DNA from: Endomicrobiia bacterium
Lineage (GTDB): Bacteria > Elusimicrobiota > Endomicrobiia > DTEH01
Direction of reading: 5' to 3'
NCBI GenBank assembly: GCA_025059805.1
Contig: JANXDG010000035.1
Span: forward strand, 60,842-124,841
DNA length: 64,000 nucleotides
The notes under the pieces are model-generated. The model made no database searches, was not told the DNA's origin, and saw nothing but the letters and a program-made list of their open reading frames with translations. Shown in pieces: positions 50,809 through 63,054 of this stretch (position 1 is its first letter; each line of letters opens with the position of its first letter). Made by a program: the position numbers and the translations under genes.

Positions 50809-52106
50809 AAACTCTTATATAAATCCCAAAATCCAGGAAAGGAAACATCTACGCAACCAGCGTTCGTTATTACAAAAGAATTATGACAAATACTACCAGC
50901 TACTGCTAAACTCATAGCAATTCTATGATCATTATAGCTATCTAACTCCAAGTTGTCACTGTCAGCACATAGAGTTGTATTACCCATAATTATCATACCA
51001 TCTTCTAATTCAATTATTTTAGCACCTAAATGTTGCAAAGATGAAACAATAGTTTTTATCCTGTCAGATTCTTTTATACGAAGTTCACCCGCACCTCTTA
51101 TCTCCGTAACACCATCAGCTTGTGTTGCTACAACAGCTAATAGGGGTAATTCATCAATCATCGCTGGCACATCGTCAGGTTCTATTTTAATACTCTTAAG
51201 TTTGCTACTTTTAACTACAATATCTGCTACGGGTTCGTTGTACAAAATTCTAAGATTTGACAGGGTTATCTTTGCACCCATTTTCAATAATACATTGATA
51301 AATCCCATTCGTGTAGGATTTACACAAACATCTTTAATAACTAAAGATGAATTTGGCAAAAGAACAGCCATCGCTATAAAGTAGCTTGCAGAGGAAGGAT
51401 CTGCCGGAACTAAAATTTCAAACGGTTTTATCTTCTTCACCTTACCTCTAATTGAAAAAACAGTGTCTTTTATTGATAATTTCACACCAAGATATTGTAA
51501 CATACGTTCCGTATGATCACGGGAAAGAATTGGTTCTTTGTATATTGTAACTCCCTCAGCATACATCCCAGCGAATAATACACAAGATTTCACCTGTGCC
51601 GAAGCAATTTTGTTTTCCCATGTGATAGATTTTAAGTTTTTAGTGCCACGAATCACTAATGGTAAATAATTATCTTCTTTAGCGTCAATTGTTACTCCCA
51701 TAAGACGTAGTGGTTCTATTATTCGCTTCATTGGCCTGCGTGATAAACTGTCGTCACCTATAATTTTTACTTCTATCTCATTACCTGCAATAATCCCGCA
51801 AAGAAGTCGTACTGTAGTACCAGAATTCCCTGCATCTATCACTTCTTTAGGTGAACATAATCCTTCCATGTTAACTCCATAAATATGGAAATTATTTTTA
51901 TCCTCAACTATTTTTACTCCAAGACTTTTTAAAGCATTTACAGTTGAATAACAATCTTTACTTTTTAGCGGATTATGTATAATACATTCACCAGAAGAAA
52001 TTGATGCTAACATAACTGCTCTATGTGTTATGGACTTATCAGGTGTAACTTTTATCTCAGCGTTGATTTTACTCTTCCTAAGAATCCTAATCTTGTCAGT
52101 TCTCAT
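50805..52106 (-). CDS. aroA: 3-phosphoshikimate 1-carboxyvinyltransferase
   Basis: DKSITHRA, GNSGTT.RL, RPM, SAQVKS, RDHTERM, KESDRI, DHRIAM, SFP.F. Confidence 0.97.
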   Translation of the reverse strand: MRTDKIRILRKSKINAEIKVTPDKSITHRAVMLASISSGECIIHNPLKSKDCYSTVNALKSLGVKIVEDKNNFHIYGVNMEGLCSPKEVIDAGNSGTTVRLLCGIIAGNEIEVKIIGDDSLSRRPMKRIIEPLRLMGVTIDAKEDNYLPLVIRGTKNLKSITWENKIASAQVKSCVLFAGMYAEGVTIYKEPILSRDHTERMLQYLGVKLSIKDTVFSIRGKVKKIKPFEILVPADPSSASYFIAMAVLLPNSSLVIKDVCVNPTRMGFINVLLKMGAKITLSNLRILYNEPVADIVVKSSKLKSIKIEPDDVPAMIDELPLLAVVATQADGVTEIRGAGELRIKESDRIKTIVSSLQHLGAKIIELEDGMIIMGNTTLCADSDNLELDSYNDHRIAMSLAVAGSICHNSFVITNAGCVDVSFPGFWDLYKSL

Positions 52107-52115
52107 ACTATTTTA

Positions 52116-52982
52116 TTAACTTCTCACTTTCAGTTTATAAGAGTTTATTATTTGCCTTTTTAATTTCTTGAAATCGTTAAGTCTTTCTTTAAATTGTTTT
52201 ATCACTTTTAAAAATCTGTTCATTTCGTCTAAAACAAATGAACGATTAAAATAACATATCTCTGCCCAAAGAGATGGATTTGAAGATGCAATCCTCGTCA
52301 TATCTCTGTAAGCACCTGCAGTGAAGGTTAAATAATTCTTCCTTGAGGCAATTTGTTTCACCAAACCATATGAAATCAAATGTAACAGATGACTTGTTGC
52401 AGCAAGTATTTTATCATGAGTTTTAGCATCAAGATGGACAACTTTTGCTCCAACACTTTTCCATAAAAATTTGATTTTTCTGAAAGCATCCTGTGAAGAT
52501 AATTTTTTGTCATAACAAACGACACACACAGAGTTTTTAAACAAATCTTTACTTGCATATTCAAACCCAGACTTCTCTGCGCCTGCTATCGGATGACTAC
52601 CTACAAAACTTATATCTTTAATTTTTCTAAATTTCTGCACATCTGTTTTCAGATCGTCAATAATTTTATATTTTATAGAAGCAACATCAGTAATTACACA
52701 CCCTTGTTTTACTAACGGCAAGATTTTTCTTATAAACTCTATTGTAAGTTTTATAGGAGTACATACAACTACTATATCTGCATCTTTAACTCCAAAAGCT
52801 AAATCTGTTGTTACTTTGTCAACACAGCCACTCTTTTGCGCAAGTGTTAACCTGTTAAGATTTCTACCAACACCTGTAATCGTTATACTAGGAAATCTGT
52901 TCTTTAACGCTAATCCTAGCGAACCTCCTATTAAACCTACTCCTATAATTGTTATTGAATTTATAGAATTCTCCTTTTGCAT
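52116..52982 (-). CDS. tyrA: Prephenate/arogenate dehydrogenase
   Basis: GVGLIGGS, DVASIK, HPIAG.E.SG, HD, SHL.H, RDMTRIASS...W. Confidence 0.93.
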   Translation of the reverse strand: MQKENSINSITIIGVGLIGGSLGLALKNRFPSITITGVGRNLNRLTLAQKSGCVDKVTTDLAFGVKDADIVVVCTPIKLTIEFIRKILPLVKQGCVITDVASIKYKIIDDLKTDVQKFRKIKDISFVGSHPIAGAEKSGFEYASKDLFKNSVCVVCYDKKLSSQDAFRKIKFLWKSVGAKVVHLDAKTHDKILAATSHLLHLISYGLVKQIASRKNYLTFTAGAYRDMTRIASSNPSLWAEICYFNRSFVLDEMNRFLKVIKQFKERLNDFKKLKRQIINSYKLKVRS

Positions 52983-53021
52983 TACACTGGATACCTCAAA
53001 ATAATGGTTTTTATAATTTAA

Positions 53022-54038
53022 TTAAATACTTCTACCGATTACTTCTGCAATTCTTCTAAGATCAATCATAAGTTGATCAAATTGTTCAGGATAAATACTT
53101 TGAGGACCGTCTGATAATGCCTCTTCTGGTTTATGATGAACTTCAATTATTAACCCGTCAGCACCAGCAACTACTGCAGCTTTTGCCATCACCGGTACAA
53201 AATTGCGAATACCAATACCGTGACTTGGATCAACAATTACAGGTAAATGTGACAAACTTTTAACCACTGGTATAGCATTAAGATCTAAAGTAAACCTTGT
53301 GGAATCTTCAAAAGTACGTATACCTCGTTCACAAAGAATTACATTATAGTTACCTTGTGACATAATATATTCCGCAGACATTAACCATTCTTTTATCGTG
53401 GTAGCCATACCTCGTTTTAATAACACTGGTTTTTTAACCTTCCCAACTTCCTTCAACAAATCAAAATTTTGCACATTCCTTGCTCCAATTTGTAATACAT
53501 CAGCATATTCAGAAACTAATTGAACTTGATCTATGTTCATAACTTCTGTAACGATACCTATACCAAGCTTTTCTCTAACTTCTTTTAACATCTTTAAACC
53601 TTCTATACCTAAACCTTGAAATGTATAAGGCGACGTTCTTGGTTTAAACGCACCACCACGAATTAAAACTGCACCTGATTTTTTCACAAGTTCTGCTATT
53701 TTAAAAATTTGCTCTCTTGATTCTACTGCGCAAGGTCCTGCAATTACAACAATTTTTACTCCGCCAATTTCTACGTTGTCATTTATTTTTACCACTGTAT
53801 TTTCTTCTTTAAACTCTCTACTTGCTAACTTAAACGGTTTCTCAATCTCGGAAATATGCTCAACACCCTCCATTGATTCAAAAATTTCTTTATATCTTTC
53901 TGCTTGTTCACCAATTAAACCTATTATTGTTTTTTTAACTCCGCGAGATATGTGTGGTGTAAATCCTAATTCTTTGATTTTATCAATTATATGATTAAAC
54001 TGTTCTTCTGTTATATTATTTTTTATCACAAGTATCAT
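53022..54038 (-). CDS. aroF: DAHP synthase type I-beta with N-terminal regulatory domain
   Basis: [47 protein letters not shown]. Confidence 0.96.
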   Translation of the reverse strand: MILVIKNNITEEQFNHIIDKIKELGFTPHISRGVKKTIIGLIGEQAERYKEIFESMEGVEHISEIEKPFKLASREFKEENTVVKINDNVEIGGVKIVVIAGPCAVESREQIFKIAELVKKSGAVLIRGGAFKPRTSPYTFQGLGIEGLKMLKEVREKLGIGIVTEVMNIDQVQLVSEYADVLQIGARNVQNFDLLKEVGKVKKPVLLKRGMATTIKEWLMSAEYIMSQGNYNVILCERGIRTFEDSTRFTLDLNAIPVVKSLSHLPVIVDPSHGIGIRNFVPVMAKAAVVAGADGLIIEVHHKPEEALSDGPQSIYPEQFDQLMIDLRRIAEVIGRSI

Positions 54039-55158
54039 TTTTGTCTCCTTTCTTTATAATTTGCTTAATTGTTGTAATAAATGCAACATTCTCTTTATGA
54101 CTTCCTACAGTTACCCTTATAAAGTACGGAAATTCATATTCATCCATAGCACGCACTATTACACCTTTGCTTAGCAACTTCCTAAAAACCCACTCGCCTT
54201 TAAAAGGAGTTACATCAATTAAAATAAAATTTGTTGCTGAAGGAATATATTTTAAACCAATTCTTTCAAGTTGGCTATATAAATATTGCTTCTCTTTATT
54301 CACAAGTGCAACAGATTTTTGTAAATGATTGTCTGAATCAAGAACAGCTGTTGCTGCATACTGTGCTACCACAGAAACATTAAACGGTGGTCTAACTCTG
54401 TCAAGGTCAGATATTACTTCTTTTCTTGCGATACCAAAACCTACACGTAATCCTGCAAGACCGTAAATTTTTGAGAATGTTCTTAAAATTATCAGGTTAG
54501 GATAAAGTTTCCTCAAGAACAAACTTTCAGGATAATCGTCGTAACAACGGGCATATTCATAATATGCTTCATCAACAACAACTAACGGATAAAGTTTTCT
54601 CATCAGTAAAGTATCAAAAAATCTTTTTAATTCTTGATTTGTATTATATGTACCAGTTGGATTGTTAGGATTAGCAATAAAAACTATTTTAGTTTTTTTA
54701 TTTGCTTTCCGTGCCATAACATCCAAATCATGTTTGTAATCTTTCATTGGTACAGAAATAATCTTTGCACCCATAAGTTCACCAGCCATTCTGTACCGAA
54801 TAAAAGCATGGTCTGATACAACAATATTTTCATCATTATTTAAATATGTTTTTGCAACAAGTTCAATAAGTTCGTCAGTCCCAGCACCTATTATTACTTC
54901 ATCTGGTGTAATACCAAACTTTTTAGCAATCTTTTGTCGTAATATCAAGCTTGAACCCTCTGGATATCTATGTAGTATTCTTATCAACTTAAGCATACTT
55001 TCCCTGACAACTTTATGAGGACAACCTAATGGATTTTCGTTAGATGCTAATTTGTATACTGTTTTAAGACCATATTTTTGTTTAATTTCATCAATTGGTC
55101 TACCAGGAATATATGGTTGAAAATTTTTTATTTCTTTTCTTGGTTTTGGTGGTTTCAT
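54016..55158 (-). CDS. hisC: Histidinol-phosphate aminotransferase
   Basis: [36 protein letters not shown]. Confidence 0.95.
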   Translation of the reverse strand: MKPPKPRKEIKNFQPYIPGRPIDEIKQKYGLKTVYKLASNENPLGCPHKVVRESMLKLIRILHRYPEGSSLILRQKIAKKFGITPDEVIIGAGTDELIELVAKTYLNNDENIVVSDHAFIRYRMAGELMGAKIISVPMKDYKHDLDVMARKANKKTKIVFIANPNNPTGTYNTNQELKRFFDTLLMRKLYPLVVVDEAYYEYARCYDDYPESLFLRKLYPNLIILRTFSKIYGLAGLRVGFGIARKEVISDLDRVRPPFNVSVVAQYAATAVLDSDNHLQKSVALVNKEKQYLYSQLERIGLKYIPSATNFILIDVTPFKGEWVFRKLLSKGVIVRAMDEYEFPYFIRVTVGSHKENVAFITTIKQIIKKGDKNDTCDKK

Positions 55159-55175
55159 AAAAATTTATTGTGGAA

Positions 55176-56243
55176 TTACTCAGCCCTAGGATAAGAACCT
55201 AAAAATTTATAATTCACACACAATTTTTCAAGTTCAGAAATTGCTTTCTTTACATTTTTGTCATTAATATGACCAACAAAATCAACAAAGAAAACATATT
55301 CCCAAGGACGTTGTTTTGATGGTCTTGATTCTATTTTTGTTAAGTTTATCCCATATCTTTTAAATGGTGACAATGCATCATGTAAGATACCAACCCTATC
55401 TTTTAAAGAAAACATTATTGAAGTTTTATCATGGCCGGAACGCGCAACTTTATGTTTACCTATAATAATAAACCTTGTATAATTATCTTCTATATCTTGA
55501 ATGTTTTTATCTAAAATATTTAACCTGTAAATTTTCGCTGTAACTTCAGATGCGATTGCTGCTGAATTTTTTTTATTAGCGACAATCTTAGCAGCTTCCG
55601 CTGTAGAAGATACCTCACAAATTTTAGCGTTTGCAAGCTTCATTGAGATATAATTTTTACACTGAGCGATTGCTTGCGGATTTGAGTAAACATATTTTAT
55701 ATTTGAGATAGTATTTTCCTTTGAAACTAAACAATGTGATATTTTCATATTTACTTCACCACAAATATACAAGTTACATTCTAAAAACATATCAAGTGTA
55801 TGAGTTACAATACCTTCAGTAGTGTTTTCTACAGGGACAACTCCAAATTCTGCCTCATCTTTCGTCACGGAATAAAAAACATCACCAATTGTTTCTTTAG
55901 CAATATAAATATTTTTGTTCCCGAAAGCATCTAACGCTGCAAGATGTGTAAAAGTTCCTTCGGGACCTAAGTATGCAATGATGAACTTTTTTTGCTGATG
56001 TCTACATATATGAATTATCGTTGTATAAATTTCTTTTATATCACTCTCATCCAGTGGACCTTTATTAAGTTTTATCAACCGCTGTATAATTTCTTTCTCT
56101 CTTTCAGGTGAATAAATTGTTTGTCCAATCAAAAATTTTAACTTCCCGATTTTTTTAGCAAGTTCTGCTCTTTTGTTTAAAAGTTTTAAAATTTGTTTAT
56201 CAATAGTATCAATTTTAACCCTTAATTTTTGTAATTGTTTCAT
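55176..56243 (-). CDS. pheA: Chorismate mutase / prephenate dehydratase
   Basis: LR..ID.ID..IL.LLN.R, LGPEGTF, PVEN, TRF, NLTKIESRP, LGSYP. Confidence 0.96.
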   Translation of the reverse strand: MKQLQKLRVKIDTIDKQILKLLNKRAELAKKIGKLKFLIGQTIYSPEREKEIIQRLIKLNKGPLDESDIKEIYTTIIHICRHQQKKFIIAYLGPEGTFTHLAALDAFGNKNIYIAKETIGDVFYSVTKDEAEFGVVPVENTTEGIVTHTLDMFLECNLYICGEVNMKISHCLVSKENTISNIKYVYSNPQAIAQCKNYISMKLANAKICEVSSTAEAAKIVANKKNSAAIASEVTAKIYRLNILDKNIQDIEDNYTRFIIIGKHKVARSGHDKTSIMFSLKDRVGILHDALSPFKRYGINLTKIESRPSKQRPWEYVFFVDFVGHINDKNVKKAISELEKLCVNYKFLGSYPRAE

Positions 56244-56256
56244 AACACTTACCTTT

Positions 56257-57385
56257 TCATTTTTTATTCAATTGTTGTCTTGCGTTATACTCAAGATATG
56301 CCTGTATAAAAATATCTATCTCGCCATCCATAACTGATTCAACATTTGTTACTTCAATTCCGGTAATATTATCTTTAACAAGTTGATACGGCATAAAAAC
56401 ATACGATCTTGTTTGCCTACCCCAGCCTATCTCACCTTTTTGCAGTCTTTCTTTTTGTTTCTCCAAGTTTTCTTTTTCTTTATTCAGTTTATACAATCTT
56501 GATTTCAAAATTTTCAATGCAGTAAGTTTGTTTTTCAGTTGTGACCTTTCTGATTGGCACTGAACTACTATTCCAGTAGGAATATGTGTAATTCTTACTG
56601 CAGATTCAGTTTTTTGTAAATGCTGACCACCATGACCAGATGCTCTAAAAGTTTCTATCTTAAGATCTTTATCATCAATCACTATTTCTTCTTCCTCCAC
56701 TTCAGGGGCAACATCACAACTTGCAAATGAAGTATGTCTGCGTTTGTTAGCATCAAAAGGCGAAATTCTTACAAGTCTATGAACACCTTCCTCACCTTTC
56801 AACAAACCATAAGCATATTCGCCTCTTACTATAAAAGTAACACTGCGTATCCCTGCCTCTTCACCTTTTGACAAATCAGCTATTTCAACTTCAAACCCTT
56901 TTTTATTCGCCCATCTTGTATACATCCTAAACAACATCTCAACCCAGTCACACGCTTCTGTTCCACCAGCACCTGCATGTAATGTAACTATAGCATTAGA
57001 CCTGTCATGAGGCGAATTCATTAATAGTTTTAATCTTACATCATTTATAAAATTTTCTAATTCGGTAATCAAAGAAGTAAAATCTATAACTAATGAATTA
57101 TCTTGTGTTTCTTCTGCTAATTCAATAATTGTTTTTAGTTCTTCAAGGATAAATTTTATCTTATCAAATGTGCTTATATCTGTTTTTATCTCTTTAATCT
57201 TTCTTGTTATTTCTATCCTCTGTTGTTCATATTGAGGATTATTCCATAGGTCTGTATCGGAAAGTTTTCCTTCTAAACTTTTAAGTTCTTCTTTTTTTCG
57301 TTCAACGTCAAAGAAATTCTCCAATCTTTTTAGCTTCTTCTAACAATTTTTTATATTTTTCAATCAATTCATAGTTTAAAATCAT
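56257..57385 (-). CDS. prfB: Peptide chain release factor 2, programmed +1 frameshift
   Basis: ATG 57385 gives MILNYELIEKYKKLLEEAKKIGEFL then TGA; CTT TGA C at 57313-57307 joins the long ORF with SPF and GGQ motifs. Confidence 0.96.
57307..57322 (-). promoter_or_regulatory. prfB frameshift cassette (internal SD-like GGAG plus CTT TGA C)
   Basis: Minus strand GGAGAATTTCTTTGAC; CTT is codon 25 and TGA is codon 26. Confidence 0.92.
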
Positions 57386-57581
57386 AGTTACTTCCTGAAA
57401 TATATAAAAATTGATTGAGATTTGAATTGTTACAAAATTAATTGATAAATTTCAACTTTTATTTAATTAAATTTTAGGAAAACAAAATTAAATAAATAGC
57501 AAAATGTGAGTTATAACAATTTGAAGTCATAGAAGAGTAGCAAAAGTGGATTTTTACTTCACTTCCAAAAGTATGAAAACA

Positions 57582-57663
57582 TGCAGCGGGTGGGACTTGA
57601 ACCCACACGGGGTTACCCATACGCCCCTCAAACGTACGCGTCTGCCAGTTCCGCCACCGCTGC
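57582..57663 (-). tRNA. tRNA-Leu(GAG), CCA not encoded
   Basis: Acceptor GCAGCGG/CCGCTGC with discriminator A, D loop with GG, anticodon arm TACGT-TTGAGGG-GCGTA, long variable arm, GTGGG-TTCAAGT-CCCAC T arm; directly follows secG. Confidence 0.96.
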
Positions 57664-57669
57664 GTAAAT

Positions 57670-57924
57670 TTATCTTACGATAGTTTCTAACCCTGTCCGT
57701 GCAGAAAATATGGTAAGACCTATCGTTGTCAGCACAAAAAGCACTGCAAGAACAATCGTAACTTTCTTCATAAACATAGAACCACTGGATGTTGAAAAAA
57801 TTTGGTCAACTCCGCCACCGCCAAAAATGCCACCAAACCCGCCCATTTGTCCAAGCTGAAGTAAAATTGAGAGTATTAACAGCACACAGATAATAATATG
57901 AAAGATATAAATTATTGTATACAT
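57670..57924 (-). CDS. secG: Preprotein translocase subunit SecG
   Basis: Two TMs, ILLQ, Gly-rich loop, K.T..LA..F; AGGAG RBS; secG-tRNA-Leu synteny. Confidence 0.92.
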   Translation of the reverse strand: MYTIIYIFHIIICVLLILSILLQLGQMGGFGGIFGGGGVDQIFSTSSGSMFMKKVTIVLAVLFVLTTIGLTIFSARTGLETIVR

Positions 57925-57969
57925 TTGTTAACAACGCTCCTTAATTAAATTTACAAACATATTTAACAT

Positions 57970-59169
57970 TTACTTATCCTGTAAAACTTCAATTCCAGGT
58001 AAACTTTTCCCTTCAAGGAGTTCAAGTGACGCACCACCGCCAGTGGAAATATGAGAAAATTTACCTTCAAGGTTAAACTTTTTCACCGCAGATACAGAAT
58101 CACCGCCACCAACAACTGTAGTTGCACCTTTTTGAGTTGCTTGGGCAATAAGTTCAGCGATACGTCTTGTCCCTTCAGAAAACTGTTCTATCTCAAAAAC
58201 TCCCATTGGACCATTCCATACAATAGTTTTCGCTGAAAGAATAATATTTGAAACCCTGGAAATCGTATTCTTACCAATATCCACACCTATCCAACCTTCA
58301 GGTATGTCAATGTGGTCAATGTATTTATATTCAGCATCTTTATCAAGTTTGGTCGCTATTATATGGTCAATAGGTAAAAGTATATTAACATTCTTTTGTT
58401 CTGCTTTTTTTAGTAACTCTTTTGCAAGGTCAACTTTATCCTGTTCTACTAACGAATTGCCAACATTAATACCGCGTGATAATAAAAACGTATATGCCAT
58501 TGCTCCGCCTATAATAATAGCGTCAACTTTAGTCAATAGGTTTTCTATCACACCAATCTTATCTGAAACCTTTGCACCGCCAAGTACTGCAACATATGGT
58601 TTCTCAGGTGATTTTAAAATCTTATCAAAATATGTAATCTCTTTTTCAAGTAAAAACCCACATACTGACGGTAAAAACTTTGCTACTGCATGTGTTGAAG
58701 AATGAGCCCTGTGAACAGAACCAAACGCATCCTGAACAAATACACCATCACTACCAACTAAGGATGTAATTTCTTTCGCAAATTCAATATCATCTTTTTC
58801 CTCTCTGGGATCAAATCTAATGTTTTCTAGCATTAAAATCTTACCATTATCCAAACTCTGTGCTAATTGTTTTGTTTTATCATCAGTGATACCTTCTGCC
58901 ATAATAACTGATTTCCCGAGTAACTCTTCAAGCCTTTTTGCCACAGGTTTAAGAGAATATTTTGGCTCAGGTTTACCTTTTGGCCTACCAAGATGGCTCA
59001 TAAGTATAACAGCACAGTTTTGTTCTAACAGATACCTTATCGTAGGAAGTGATTCTTTAATCCTAGTATCATCTTCAACTTCACCGTTATTGCCTATCGG
59101 AACATTATAATCAACTCGTACAAGTACCTTTTTATTTTTTAAATTTATATCTCTTATAGATTTTTTCAT
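57970..59169 (-). CDS. pgk: Phosphoglycerate kinase
   Basis: RVDYNVP, SHLGRP, LENIRF, HRAH, GGAKVSDKI, WNGPMGVFE, STGGGASLE. Start set at ATG 59169 after AGGGGG. Confidence 0.97.
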   Translation of the reverse strand: MKKSIRDINLKNKKVLVRVDYNVPIGNNGEVEDDTRIKESLPTIRYLLEQNCAVILMSHLGRPKGKPEPKYSLKPVAKRLEELLGKSVIMAEGITDDKTKQLAQSLDNGKILMLENIRFDPREEKDDIEFAKEITSLVGSDGVFVQDAFGSVHRAHSSTHAVAKFLPSVCGFLLEKEITYFDKILKSPEKPYVAVLGGAKVSDKIGVIENLLTKVDAIIIGGAMAYTFLLSRGINVGNSLVEQDKVDLAKELLKKAEQKNVNILLPIDHIIATKLDKDAEYKYIDHIDIPEGWIGVDIGKNTISRVSNIILSAKTIVWNGPMGVFEIEQFSEGTRRIAELIAQATQKGATTVVGGGDSVSAVKKFNLEGKFSHISTGGGASLELLEGKSLPGIEVLQDK

Positions 59170-59224
59170 AATTCCAAATTTCCCCCTTAAAACAAAACTG
59201 AGAAAATACAATTGTAAACTATTT

Positions 59225-60289
<1,065 letters not shown>

Positions 60290-60367
60290 TCATAAAAACT
60301 TGTTAAAGTTTGGAATTCGTTTATAAAATAAAAAAAATAAAATCAACATTCAATCAAGATTTTAAAA

Positions 60368-61363
60368 TCAAAGCCAGCACATATCTTTATACCACTGATA
60401 GGTTTCCCTTATACCTTCACGAAGTTCCGTGTATCTAAATTCTGGGAATAAATTTAAAATTTCTGAGCCATCACACAACCAGTATTGTTTGGATAGTTCT
60501 TTCAACTTATCTCTATTAAACACTGCTGCCTGGTTAAATAAAATTCTATAAATATATTCATTAACGAAAGCAGAGATATATCCCAAAGTATATGGAATTT
60601 TAACTATAAGAATTTCTCTGCCAACAACTTCTGAAAAAATATTTCTTATTTCTCTTATCTCGTAATGCTGATTTTCAGCAACAAAGTAAATACTAAAAGA
60701 AGTAAACTTATCTAAATTTTCTACTATCAATTTTATAATTTTGATCAAATCGTAAATATAAGTAAACTGAATATAAAACTTCTCACCAAAAACTGGTAAT
60801 ACTCCATTTTTAGCTAACTTAAAATAAATATACATATCTTTATCATACGGACCATAAACTGCACATGGACGTAGAATAATAATTTTCGTTTTGTCAGAAT
60901 ATTTTAACAATTCTTTTTCTGCTAAAAGTTTACTTCTACCATAATGAGATACAGGTTCACATAAATCATTTGCACATTTATAACTTAAGCAACAAGATGG
61001 CCCAGCAGCAGCTTGTGAAGAGATGAAGATAATTCCTTTAATTGACGGGTTAAACTCAGCAATTACTTCAATGAGATTCTTTGTACCTATATGATTAACT
61101 TCGTAATAAGTATTATTATTCACACATCTTAAAACAGCAGCACAGTGTATAATAACATCTATATCACATACAGCTTCTTTCAAGCTCTCTTTATTACGTA
61201 CATCACCATAGAATACATTAAGTTTATCCAATACCGATTTTAAATGGTCAGTTTTGCTAGTTTTTCTTATAAGAATATTTAAATTATGTTCCGATTTAGA
61301 TACAAGATAATTTACTAAACTACTACCTATAAAACCGCTTGCACCTGTGATAAGTATATTCAT
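60368..61363 (-). CDS. NAD-dependent epimerase/dehydratase (extended SDR)
   Basis: TGASGFIG, HCAA, SSQAA.GP, YGRSK, RP.AVYGP. Confidence 0.9.
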   Translation of the reverse strand: MNILITGASGFIGSSLVNYLVSKSEHNLNILIRKTSKTDHLKSVLDKLNVFYGDVRNKESLKEAVCDIDVIIHCAAVLRCVNNNTYYEVNHIGTKNLIEVIAEFNPSIKGIIFISSQAAAGPSCCLSYKCANDLCEPVSHYGRSKLLAEKELLKYSDKTKIIILRPCAVYGPYDKDMYIYFKLAKNGVLPVFGEKFYIQFTYIYDLIKIIKLIVENLDKFTSFSIYFVAENQHYEIREIRNIFSEVVGREILIVKIPYTLGYISAFVNEYIYRILFNQAAVFNRDKLKELSKQYWLCDGSEILNLFPEFRYTELREGIRETYQWYKDMCWL

Positions 61364-61815
61364 TGATATTCTCTTTTTAAGAATGAAATTAATCCTTCAA
61401 TCTCTTCTTCGTTGAAACCACGAAATTTTAAAAATTTATATATTTTTTGCATATCAAAAGTTTTGTATTTTTTCTTTACCAACTCAGTGACATAATAAAT
61501 TTGTTTTTCCTTATATTCTTGCAAATTTATTTTCCCTAAAGTTTCGTTTTGAACTTTATACTTATCTTTAAGTAAATCTATAATCAACGATAAGCTTTTA
61601 CCTTTCATAAGATTTCGCTCAATATAATTACACACAAAACGTTCTTCCGAGAGGTAGCCATTATTTATTAACTTATTTATAACTTCTGAGATAGTTTTGT
61701 TATCCACTCCTTGTTTTATCAATCTTTCTTTTATTTCATACACACTTCTTTCTTTTATTTTAAGTAGTTTACAACAATAGTTGAATATTTCTTCAAACTT
61801 GTCTTTCTTAAACAT
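61360..61815 (-). CDS. recX: Regulatory protein RecX
   Basis: RS..E...RL, L...GYLSEERF, L..RGF three-helix repeats. Confidence 0.8.
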   Translation of the reverse strand: MFKKDKFEEIFNYCCKLLKIKERSVYEIKERLIKQGVDNKTISEVINKLINNGYLSEERFVCNYIERNLMKGKSLSLIIDLLKDKYKVQNETLGKINLQEYKEKQIYYVTELVKKKYKTFDMQKIYKFLKFRGFNEEEIEGLISFLKREYQ

Positions 61816-61826
61816 ACTGACAAAGT

Positions 61827-63029
61827 TTATGTTTTATATTGTGAATTAATTTCAACATATTCTTTAGATAAGTCTGTAGTAAAAAAACTATACGGCAAGT
61901 TTTTACAATAAGTATTCCCTGCATCTATTATAATTTCAAAAAACTTTTTTTTCATCTCTTTTCTTACTAAACTATCCTTAACAAAATTACTTGTCCCGTT
62001 TTTTACAACTTGGTGTTTCCCGATCCAGATATTTATTTTGTTAATATCAATATTGGCATTGCTACGTCCACAACACGAAAGGATTCTACCCCAGTTTGGG
62101 TCCGCACCATGAAAAGCTGTTTTAACAAGTAACGAATTTGCTATAGTTTTAGCAATCTTTTCAGCATTTTTACTTTCAGAATTTTTTATTATAATTTTTA
62201 TAACCTTTGTAACACCTTCCCCGTCAGAAAGTAGCTTCCATACAATCTCTTCACAGACAATTTTGAAATGTTCTACTAATTCTTTAAACTCTTTATCTTT
62301 CACAATGACATTATTGCTTATGTTAGTTGTAACAAAAAATATTGTATCGTTTGGCGAAGTATCACCATCTATAGAAAAAGAATTAAACGTCGGTACAATT
62401 ATGTGCTGCATTAGTTGTTCCATTTGCTCTCTGCATAAAAGAAAATCTGTCAATAAAAAAACCAACATTGTAGCGTGTTGTTTGTTTAGGCAAAGATCAG
62501 GTGCAATCATTCCAGCACCTTTTGCTATACATAATATATTACCTTTTTGACTTTTCATCTTTAAACTTTTGTAGACAACTTTAGGTTTAGTATCTGTTGT
62601 CATGATTGCTCTTGCAAAATTAAATATTTTTCCCTTACCCGTTCCTAAAGATGAAATAAGATGGTCTAAATTGGATAAAATTTTTTCCTTTGGTAATGGC
62701 TCACCTATCACACCTGTGGAAGCAACTAAAACTTCTTCTGGTAACAGATTAAGTTTTTCTGCTAAAACTTTGCATATTTGTTCAGTGATGTCTATTCCAT
62801 CATTACCACAAGCTGTATTTGCGCAACCAGAATTTGCAATTATACATCGTATATGACCTGTCTTCTTTAGATGCCTCTCTGAAACAATTATTGAATTTGA
62901 CTTTAAGAGATTCTTAGTGAACGCAGCAACACATGTTGATGGTTCTGTAAAATATATAAGTCCTAAATCAAATTTGTCTTTTTTTATACCAGCTTTTATA
63001 CCACTAAATTTACAATCTTTGATTTTCAT
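61827..63029 (-). CDS. argJ: Ornithine/glutamate acetyltransferase
   Basis: FTKN, NSG.AN, STGVIG, AIMTTD, KGAGMI.P...ATML, DGDTS.ND, DGEG.TK, DPNWGRI. Confidence 0.93.
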   Translation of the reverse strand: MKIKDCKFSGIKAGIKKDKFDLGLIYFTEPSTCVAAFTKNLLKSNSIIVSERHLKKTGHIRCIIANSGCANTACGNDGIDITEQICKVLAEKLNLLPEEVLVASTGVIGEPLPKEKILSNLDHLISSLGTGKGKIFNFARAIMTTDTKPKVVYKSLKMKSQKGNILCIAKGAGMIAPDLCLNKQHATMLVFLLTDFLLCREQMEQLMQHIIVPTFNSFSIDGDTSPNDTIFFVTTNISNNVIVKDKEFKELVEHFKIVCEEIVWKLLSDGEGVTKVIKIIIKNSESKNAEKIAKTIANSLLVKTAFHGADPNWGRILSCCGRSNANIDINKINIWIGKHQVVKNGTSNFVKDSLVRKEMKKKFFEIIIDAGNTYCKNLPYSFFTTDLSKEYVEINSQYKT

Positions 63030-63054
63030 TTATTTTTTGTTCTATAGATAAGTT

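Noticed and set aside
46944-57385. Alternative genetic code or selenocysteine suggested by the unusual release factors
   Set aside because: TAA, TAG and TGA all end conserved genes at expected positions, RF1 PET and RF2 SPF motifs are intact, and no in-frame TGA interrupts a conserved gene except the prfB shift site.
57386-57581. Integrated element at the 3' end of tRNA-Leu
   Set aside because: No integrase and no duplicated tRNA 3' end were seen; only about 200 nt of AT-rich spacer precedes prfB.
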